A stretch of 64,000 nt of DNA. Origin: Candidatus Heteroscillospira sp. GTDB lineage: Bacteria; Bacillota; Clostridia; Oscillospirales; Oscillospiraceae. Below are positions 57,325-64,000 of the stretch, one piece after another. The stretch's first letter is position 1, and each line of letters opens with the position of its first letter. Both the position numbers and the translations under genes were made by a program. The notes beneath the pieces were generated by a model, which had not been told where the DNA came from, searched no databases, and saw only the letters and a program-made list of their open reading frames with translations. Where the stretch lies: positions 107,759-171,758 of the forward strand of contig JBMNQC010000004.1 of the NCBI GenBank assembly GCA_050943935.1, read 5' to 3'.

Positions 57325-59569
57325 AACAGTACCGGAAATGTATCAGGACCTGGAAAAGACCGTACTTAAATACAATCCCAATGCGGATATGGGCCGGGTT
57401 CACGCCGCCTTTGACTGCGCCGAGAGGGCACACTCCGGCCAGAAACGCAAGGACGGCTCTCCATATGTAACCCACGCCATCGCCGCGGCCCAGATAGCCG
57501 CCGAGATGGGTCTGGACGAGGACAGCGTAGTATCCGCCCTTCTGCACGACTGCATAGAGGACACCAGTCTGGAATACGACGACATAGCCCGCCAGTTCGG
57601 CACAGAAGTTGCCGACATAGTGGACGGCGTCACCAAACTGACGAGAGTGCAGTACACCTCCAAAGAGGATGAGCAGATGGAGAACATGCGGAAAATGCTC
57701 ATGGCCATGAGCAAGGACATCCGCGTTATCCTTATAAAGATCGCCGACCGCCTGCACAATATGCGCACCATGGAGTACCAGACTCCAGAGAAGCAGCGCA
57801 GCAAATCCCGGGAGACCATGCAGATTTACGCTCCCATCGCCCACCGTCTCGGTATGCAGAGGGTAAAGTGGGAGCTGGAGGACCTCTCCCTGCTGTATCT
57901 GGATCCCGTGGGCTACAAGGAGATAACCGACGCTCTGGAGTCCCGCCGCCCGGAGCTGGAGAAGTTCATGCACGGCATGGAGGACAAGATTAAGGCCCGG
58001 CTGGAGGAAAACGGCATCAAGTCCACCGTATACAGCCGCATAAAGCACATCTACAGCATATACCGCAAGATGTACACCCAGCATCTGGACCTTTCGGAGA
58101 TATTCGACCTGTGCGCCCTGCGGGTGATAGTGGATGAGCTGGGCGACTGCTACAACGTGCTGGGCTATGTGCACGAGATGTTCAACCCCGTGCCCGGCCG
58201 CTTCAAGGACTATGTATCCACCCCCAAGCCCAACGGCTATCAGAGCATACACACCACAGTAATAGGAACCGAGGGCATACCCTTCGAGGTGCAGATACGC
58301 ACCTGGGATATGCACCACACAGCGGAATACGGCGTAGCCGCCCACTGGAAATACAAGAGCGGCTCCCGTGGCGTAAGAACCGGCGACGAGGAGAAGTTCG
58401 CCTGGGTGCGCCGTCTGCTGGAAACCCAGCAGGAATCCGAGGCTCAGGACTTTTTCCACGACCTGAAGGTGGATATGTTTGCCGACGAGGTTTTCGTATT
58501 CTCCCCAAAGGGCGACGTTATAAATCTGCCCGCCGGCGCAACTCCCATAGACTTTGCCTACAACATCCATTCCGCCGTGGGCAACCGCATGGTGGGCGCA
58601 AAGATAAACGGCCGCATAGTCCCAATCGGCCATGTGCTGCAAAACGGCGATATAGTGGATATCATCACCGCAAAGAACTCCACCGGACCCAGCCGTGACT
58701 GGCTGAACATTGCAAAGAGCGGTACGGCCCGCACCAAGATAAAGCAGTGGTTCAAAAAGGAGAAGCGCGAAGAAAACATAGTCACCGGCCGGGACATGTT
58801 CGAGTCGGAGCTGAAGAAAAACGCCATCTCCGTCAGCGCAGTTATGGACGACGAGCTGCTGCCCCAGATAATCAAAAAGCTCAGCTTCGCCAGCATGGAC
58901 GATATGTACGCCGCCATAGGCTACGGCGGCATCACCTCCACCCGGGTCGTAAACCGCATAAAGGATGAAATGATACGCGCCCACAAGCCCCTGCACAAGA
59001 CCGTGCTGGACAAGCTGAACGAGCAGGCGGACCGCCGCCAGAAGAAGCCCCAGAAGGCCGTGCACGGTATACTTGTGGAGGGCCTGGACAACTGCCTCAT
59101 CAAATTCTCCCGCTGCTGCACACCCATCCCCGGAGACGAGGTGGTGGGCTTCATCACCCGTGGCAACGGCGTTTCCGTCCACTGCCGCGACTGCACCAAC
59201 TTCACAAATTCCACCGATTCCGGCAGCGGACGCTGGATAAGCGTCTCCTGGGCCGACGACACCTCCGGCGACAAATATTCCTGTACCCTGCACATATCCT
59301 CGGTTCAGCGCAACGGCCTCATAATGGATGTGGCCACGGTGCTCAACAGCCTCAACGCCCAGGTGCGCAGCGTAAACGCCAAGGATCTGCCCGCTCAGGG
59401 CCTGTCGGTTGCCAGCGTCACCGTGGAGGTAAAAAACACCGACGAAGTACGCACCATCATAAACCGCCTGAACACCATAAAGGGCGTTGTAGAGGTGCTC
59501 CGCGCCGGGCATCAGACCGGCATACAGAAGCTTAGGGAAGCAATTCATGAGGAGAAGGAGAACCAATGA
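57311..59569 (+). CDS. relA: bifunctional (p)ppGpp synthetase/hydrolase RelA/SpoT (Rel)
   Basis: 752 aa. HD domain (HDCIEDT), synthetase block (YQSIHTTV), TGS and ACT C-terminal domains. Confidence 0.95.
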   Translation: MAISKTVPEMYQDLEKTVLKYNPNADMGRVHAAFDCAERAHSGQKRKDGSPYVTHAIAAAQIAAEMGLDEDSVVSALLHDCIEDTSLEYDDIARQFGTEVADIVDGVTKLTRVQYTSKEDEQMENMRKMLMAMSKDIRVILIKIADRLHNMRTMEYQTPEKQRSKSRETMQIYAPIAHRLGMQRVKWELEDLSLLYLDPVGYKEITDALESRRPELEKFMHGMEDKIKARLEENGIKSTVYSRIKHIYSIYRKMYTQHLDLSEIFDLCALRVIVDELGDCYNVLGYVHEMFNPVPGRFKDYVSTPKPNGYQSIHTTVIGTEGIPFEVQIRTWDMHHTAEYGVAAHWKYKSGSRGVRTGDEEKFAWVRRLLETQQESEAQDFFHDLKVDMFADEVFVFSPKGDVINLPAGATPIDFAYNIHSAVGNRMVGAKINGRIVPIGHVLQNGDIVDIITAKNSTGPSRDWLNIAKSGTARTKIKQWFKKEKREENIVTGRDMFESELKKNAISVSAVMDDELLPQIIKKLSFASMDDMYAAIGYGGITSTRVVNRIKDEMIRAHKPLHKTVLDKLNEQADRRQKKPQKAVHGILVEGLDNCLIKFSRCCTPIPGDEVVGFITRGNGVSVHCRDCTNFTNSTDSGSGRWISVSWADDTSGDKYSCTLHISSVQRNGLIMDVATVLNSLNAQVRSVNAKDLPAQGLSVASVTVEVKNTDEVRTIINRLNTIKGVVEVLRAGHQTGIQKLREAIHEEKENQ

Positions 59570-60009
59570 GAGCCGTACTCACACGAGTAAAAGAGGCCTC
59601 CGTCGCCATTGACGGAGACATACACGGAAAAATAGCGAAGGGTTTTCTGGTGCTGCTGGGCGTGCATACGTCCGACACCCAGGCTCAGGCCGACAAAATA
59701 GCAGAGAAGATATGCCATATGCGCATCTTTGAGGATGAAAACGGCAAAATGAATATAGGCCCCGCCGACGCGGGGGCGGAAATACTCATAATCAGCCAGT
59801 TCACCCTGTACGGCGACTGCCGCTCACGCCGTCCCGGTTTTACCGACGCGGCCCGTCCGGAAACCGCCGTCCCCCTCTATGAGCGGGTCATAGCCCGCTG
59901 CCGGGAAAATGGCTTCCATGTGGAGACCGGAGTTTTCGGCGCAGATATGCAGGTTTCCTCCGTAAACGACGGTCCCGTGACCCTTATTCTGGATACCGAC
60001 ACACTTTGA
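59566..60009 (+). CDS. dtd: D-aminoacyl-tRNA deacylase
   Basis: 147 aa. MRAVLTRVKEASV...SQFTLYGD...GRRPGF-like block. Confidence 0.9.
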   Translation: MRAVLTRVKEASVAIDGDIHGKIAKGFLVLLGVHTSDTQAQADKIAEKICHMRIFEDENGKMNIGPADAGAEILIISQFTLYGDCRSRRPGFTDAARPETAVPLYERVIARCRENGFHVETGVFGADMQVSSVNDGPVTLILDTDTL

Positions 60010-60023
60010 CAGGAGGAATATTC

Positions 60024-60635
60024 ATGCTTATTAAAGACTTTCAGCTTGGACAGCTGGAGACCAACTGCTATGTGGTCACCGACGAGGCCACAATGGAATG
60101 TGCCGTAATTGACCCGGGCGATGAGGCCAACACCGTTCTGGACTATCTTGAGGAGCACAAGCTCACCTGCCGCTTCATCTTCCTTACGCACGGCCACTTT
60201 GACCACACTATGGCCGTGAACGAGCTGGCCGCCGAGACCGGCGCCAAGGTGTGCATAAACGAAAAAGACACCCATGTAAGCGGGGAAACTGTCCAGTTCG
60301 CCTTCTCTCCTCCCGACGGCTCCGTGCTCTACTCCGAGGGCGCCGTTATCCACATGGGTTCCCTGGACTTCAAGGTGCTGGAGACGCCCGGCCACTCTCC
60401 GGGAAGCGTCACTCTGCAGTGCGGAAATGTGCTCTTCACCGGAGACACCCTTTTCCGGGATTCCTGCGGCCGCACCGACCTGCCCGGCGGCGATATGGGC
60501 GCTCTTATGGCCTCGCTGCGGCGTCTGGCTCTGCTGCCCGGCGATTACGAGGTATATCCCGGCCACATGGATTCCACCACGCTGGAGCACGAGAGGCGCT
60601 TCAACTACTACATCACCTGTGCTCTTAACCGTTAA
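60024..60635 (+). CDS. MBL-fold metallo-hydrolase (glyoxalase II-like)
   Basis: Start MLIKDF after AGGAGG. Metal motif THGHFDH. Confidence 0.85.
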   Translation: MLIKDFQLGQLETNCYVVTDEATMECAVIDPGDEANTVLDYLEEHKLTCRFIFLTHGHFDHTMAVNELAAETGAKVCINEKDTHVSGETVQFAFSPPDGSVLYSEGAVIHMGSLDFKVLETPGHSPGSVTLQCGNVLFTGDTLFRDSCGRTDLPGGDMGALMASLRRLALLPGDYEVYPGHMDSTTLEHERRFNYYITCALNR

Positions 60636-60704
60636 AAATCAAACTCCCCGGCAGCTCTTATCGGAGCTGCCGGGGAGTTTTTTATTTTGGAGGTAATTGA
60701 AAGC

Positions 60705-62219
60705 TCAGTTGGCAACCGTCTGCTTGGCAGCCTTTTTCTCCTTCCAGGCGCTGAGCAGAGAGTTTGCCACAAAGATGAAGGAGAGAACTACAAACACACA
60801 GGTCACGGGACGGGTAATAAAGATACTCCAGTCGTTGTGGCTGCTGCGCAGGGCCATACGGACCTCGCGCTCGAACATGGTGCCCAGCACCAGGCCCAGA
60901 ACGGTGGGCGCGGTGGGGAAACCGGAACGGGCCATTACATATCCAACCAGGCCCAGGAAAATAGTGATGGCCACATCAAAGAGGTTATTGCGCAGGGCAA
61001 AAGAGCCTACAAGAGACAGAACTACCAGGCAGGCATTCAGGTAGTTGGTAGGCACATCCAGCACGCGAACAAAAAGGCGCATTGCCACCAGCTGAATAAG
61101 GACCATGAAGATGGTGCCCACAAGCAGTGTGGTGAACATACCGATGACAACATCCATGTGCTCGGTAAAGAGCAGAGAACCGGGAGTGAGGCCCTGAATC
61201 ATCAGGCCGCCCAGCAGGACGGAGGTAACTGCGTCGCCGGGAATACCAAGAGTCATCATGGGCACCAGAGCGCCGCCGCATACGCCGTTGTTGGATGCCT
61301 CGGAAGCGATAACGCCGTTGTAGTTGCCCTTGCCGAAGCTGTCGGGATCCTTGGAGAAGCGCTTGGCCTGGTCATAGGCCAGGAAAGTAGCGATATTGGC
61401 GCCGGCTGCGGGAACAATACCGATAGCCGTGCCTATGAGGCTTGAACGCATGATGTTCCACTTTGCCTCTTTCCACTCACTCCAGGGAGGAATGAAGGAG
61501 CGCAGACTGTAATCGGAAATTTTCCTGGCCTTTACATTGCTGCTTTCCTCACAAACGCTGGCCAGAATCTGAGGGATTGAGTAGAGGCCTATCATGGCCG
61601 GAAGCAGGTTGATGCCGCTCATGAGGTTAACATTGTGGAAGGTGAAGCGGAGCTCGCCCCAGATGGGGTCAACGCCCACGAAGGACATTACCAGACCGAT
61701 GCAGCCTGCCACAAGGCCTTTGGCCAGGTTCTTGCCGGATACAGCAGCTATGATGGTCAGGCCGAACAGAGCCAGGGAGGCATACTCGGGAGCGGAAAAG
61801 CTGGTGCAGAGGGAGGCCAGCGCCGGAGCCAGAGTCACCAGAATCAGCCAGCTCACCAGGCTTCCTGCGCCGGAGGCAAAAACAGCCCAGCCCAGAGCCT
61901 TGTTGGCCTGGCCGTTCTGGGCCATAGGGTGGCCGTCAATTGTGGTTACAACCGCGGAGGGGGTGCCGGGGATGTTCAGCAGGATGGCGGAGATTGCGCC
62001 GCCGGCCATGCCGCCCACATAGCAGCCCAGCATCATGCCTATGGCGGTTACGGGGTCGAGAGTAAAGGTCAGGGGGATAAGCAGGGCTATGCCCATTGAT
62101 GCAGTCAGGCCGGGCAGGCAGCCGAACACCAGACCCATGAAGGTTCCCACAAAGACCATGACCATGGTCAGAGGGTCAGTTATGGTGTTGAGCACACCGC
62201 TTACATAAACTTCAAACAT
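60705..62219 (-). CDS. tctA: tripartite tricarboxylate transporter permease TctA
   Basis: 504 aa polytopic protein with TctA-type repeats. Confidence 0.85.
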   Translation of the reverse strand: MFEVYVSGVLNTITDPLTMVMVFVGTFMGLVFGCLPGLTASMGIALLIPLTFTLDPVTAIGMMLGCYVGGMAGGAISAILLNIPGTPSAVVTTIDGHPMAQNGQANKALGWAVFASGAGSLVSWLILVTLAPALASLCTSFSAPEYASLALFGLTIIAAVSGKNLAKGLVAGCIGLVMSFVGVDPIWGELRFTFHNVNLMSGINLLPAMIGLYSIPQILASVCEESSNVKARKISDYSLRSFIPPWSEWKEAKWNIMRSSLIGTAIGIVPAAGANIATFLAYDQAKRFSKDPDSFGKGNYNGVIASEASNNGVCGGALVPMMTLGIPGDAVTSVLLGGLMIQGLTPGSLLFTEHMDVVIGMFTTLLVGTIFMVLIQLVAMRLFVRVLDVPTNYLNACLVVLSLVGSFALRNNLFDVAITIFLGLVGYVMARSGFPTAPTVLGLVLGTMFEREVRMALRSSHNDWSIFITRPVTCVFVVLSFIFVANSLLSAWKEKKAAKQTVAN

Positions 62220-62237
62220 CTCTTCTCTCTCCTCTCA

Positions 62238-62741
62238 TTAAATACCGCGAATCATGTCCATCAGAGGGTCAGGGAAGGAAACCTTGAAGAACACGCCGAA
62301 AACTACATACATCACCACACAGGCAATTACGGCGATAAGCACAGTAAGCTTCATGGGACGGGAGCGGTCCAGCATCAGGGACTCAGCAAGGACAAAGATA
62401 AAGGTGCTCAGGGTAAAACCAATAACATTCCACATTGCCGCATATGCACATATGAAAAGGAAAGTGAGCACGGCCTTGCGGGGCACAAGCGGCACCTTTT
62501 CAGAGCTTTTGTCCACAGGATGGCGCTTCAGCCATGCAATATTAACAGCCAGGAGATATGCGTTGAGCAGCAGGATAGCAATATAAACCGCCTTTGGAAA
62601 GGCCATGGATGACATGGAGCCGTCAGACGTGGGCATGCCCGTAGTCTGCGCAATATAGAGCATAAATACCGATACGGCCATCAGCGTCAGAATGAATACC
62701 AGCTCAAAATACTTTTTGTTCCTCTCTTTGTACGTGACCAT
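62238..62741 (-). CDS. tctB: tripartite tricarboxylate transporter TctB small membrane subunit
   Basis: Start MVTYKERNKKYF (62741). Four TM helices. Located between tctC and tctA. Confidence 0.7.
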   Translation of the reverse strand: MVTYKERNKKYFELVFILTLMAVSVFMLYIAQTTGMPTSDGSMSSMAFPKAVYIAILLLNAYLLAVNIAWLKRHPVDKSSEKVPLVPRKAVLTFLFICAYAAMWNVIGFTLSTFIFVLAESLMLDRSRPMKLTVLIAVIACVVMYVVFGVFFKVSFPDPLMDMIRGI

Positions 62742-62899
62742 ATTTGACCTCCTTAAAATACTGCCTGACCAGCGGCCTACAGGGGCACACACCTGCGTAT
62801 ATTCCGGGTATATGCTCCTGTCGGTCGATGGTCACGCTCAAATTTGGGAGGGCGAAGGCGATCCCCCGCCCTCCTTTTAAACTTTTAAGCGCTTTGGAC

Positions 62900-63985
62900 T
62901 CAGGCGGTGAAAACCTTCTCGGCCAGAACCTCGGCACCGGCATAGAGAGTGTCAACAACATAGGTGTCCAGCTCGGAACCGTGCAGGCCGGGAGCATCGA
63001 AGCCGCTCTCTGCGGCCAGAGCCTGGAACTTCTCGGACTGAGTGGCATTGTAGAGCATCTCAGACAGAGCGGTCTTTATCTCGGGATCCAGACCAGCAGG
63101 AGCCAGAGCGAAGCAGACGGTCTGAGCAACATCGCCGTAGGGGAAGACATCGAGATCATACTCGGCAAAGGTGGGGACATCGGGGAAAGCCTCAAGGCGC
63201 TCCTCGGTGAAGGTGCCGATAATGACCAGCTCGCCGGACTTAATCTGGCTCATGCAGCTGTTGGGCTTCAGAACGCCGGCATCCAGGTGGCCGCCCAGAA
63301 GCTCGGTGACAACGCGGGCGTCGCCGTCGGAGTAAGGAGTCAGCTGGAAGGTGCCCTCGCCCATAGCCATGTCCAGGAACTTGGCGGTAGCCTGGTTGGT
63401 GTTGTTGGTGCCGGGGTTGCCCAGAGTGATGGTGCCGGGGTTGGCCTTGGCGGCATCCAGGTACTTCTCCAGAGTGTCGTACTCGCCGCCGGCCTTGGCA
63501 ACGAGAACCATGGGGTCAGAGGAAATCTGGCACAGGAAGTCGGCATCCTCAACCTTGGCCTCCATACGGCCCTGAGCAATCAGGCCCAGATAAGAGGTGG
63601 AGCCGAAAGCGATGGTGTAGCCGTCGGCCTTGGAGGTGAGAGCCTGGGTGATACCAACGGCAGAGCCGCCACCGGAAACACAGGTGACAACGATATTAAC
63701 ATCGTACATCTCTGCAACTATGGCCTGGATATTGCGGGCCATGACGTCGAAGGCGCCGCCGGCAGCGAAGGGAACAATAAGGGTGATTTCCTTCTTGGGG
63801 AAGCCCTCGGGCCATACGACCTCGTGAGTGTCCTCACCGGGAGCAGAGGACTCGGGAGCAGTAGACTCCGGAGCGCTGGATTCGGGAGCGGTGGACTCGG
63901 GAGTCTTGTTGCCGCCGCAGCCAACCAGCACGGTCAGCATCATGGCAACAGCAAGAATCAGTGCGAGGGTTCTGTTCAGTTTCAT
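62900..63985 (-). CDS. tctC: tripartite tricarboxylate transporter substrate-binding lipoprotein TctC
   Basis: 361 aa. Lipobox LVGC, a Pro/Glu/Ser linker with APES(S/T) repeats, and a Bug/TctC fold. Confidence 0.85.
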   Translation of the reverse strand: MKLNRTLALILAVAMMLTVLVGCGGNKTPESTAPESSAPESTAPESSAPGEDTHEVVWPEGFPKKEITLIVPFAAGGAFDVMARNIQAIVAEMYDVNIVVTCVSGGGSAVGITQALTSKADGYTIAFGSTSYLGLIAQGRMEAKVEDADFLCQISSDPMVLVAKAGGEYDTLEKYLDAAKANPGTITLGNPGTNNTNQATAKFLDMAMGEGTFQLTPYSDGDARVVTELLGGHLDAGVLKPNSCMSQIKSGELVIIGTFTEERLEAFPDVPTFAEYDLDVFPYGDVAQTVCFALAPAGLDPEIKTALSEMLYNATQSEKFQALAAESGFDAPGLHGSELDTYVVDTLYAGAEVLAEKVFTA

Positions 63986-64000
63986 TTTTATTCCTCCATT

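Noticed and set aside
57305-59566. A 753-aa stop-free ORF exactly antisense to relA. Similar long antisense ORFs occur at 3073-4923, 4749-6560, 8364-9641, 10517-12037, 14367-15650, 16578-17693, 37957-40041, 40831-42009, 53214-54515, 55345-56832 and 35795-37276.
   Set aside because: - Each lies opposite a gene with clear family motifs.
- Their translations are Gly/Ala/Val/His/Leu-rich low-complexity sequence without recognisable domains or RBSs.
- Stop-poor antisense frames are expected in high-GC coding DNA.

Overview
This is a high-GC Firmicutes/Clostridia-type chromosomal segment; an Oscillospiraceae-like source is only my inference. It is mostly tightly packed housekeeping operons: hisS-SLH-aspS-comM-thiI-cinA, maf-mreC-mreD-PBP2-mgsA, dnaD/dnaI, folC-folT-ruvX, rpmG-secE-nusG-rplK-rplA, rpmH-rnpA-yidD-yidC-jag, recJ-relA-dtd and tctCBA. 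Cis-regulatory RNAs I could read directly are two T-box leaders (hisS; TrpB2), a THF riboswitch before folT, and one tRNA-Leu(UAA).

Two things stand out.

1. **Integrated element (about 29904-37479, about 7.6 kb).** It is lower in GC and is inserted into an intrinsic-terminator hairpin downstream of ruvX, with CCTGTTGG at both junctions.
   - Backbone: a damaged large serine recombinase, a TnpW-like gene, a relaxase remnant, a RuvC/DEDD-type transposase stub and an XRE regulator.
   - A roughly 660-nt ORF-free, hairpin-rich region.
   - A small Hin/resolvase-type serine recombinase, followed directly by a perfect 16-bp inverted repeat pair bracketing 118 bp that contains a TATAAT promoter. 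This is a candidate inverton.
   - The candidate switch sits in front of three uncharacterised genes: a membrane-anchored zinc-ribbon protein, a 57-aa protein and a zinc-ribbon/TPR protein.

2. **Modular intergenic repeat family (six clusters).** The repeats are hairpin-dense and include an element of about 450 bp with palindromic GGGCGCGCA(A)TTGCGCGCCC ends and inverted diverged arms.
   - Inverted copies bracket the rpmG-rplA operon.
   - The clusters sit where conserved neighbours appear to be missing: no rplJL after rplA, no dnaA next to rpmH, and no fumarase beta subunit.

Many long stop-free antisense ORFs in the track are GC-driven shadow ORFs and were not called.
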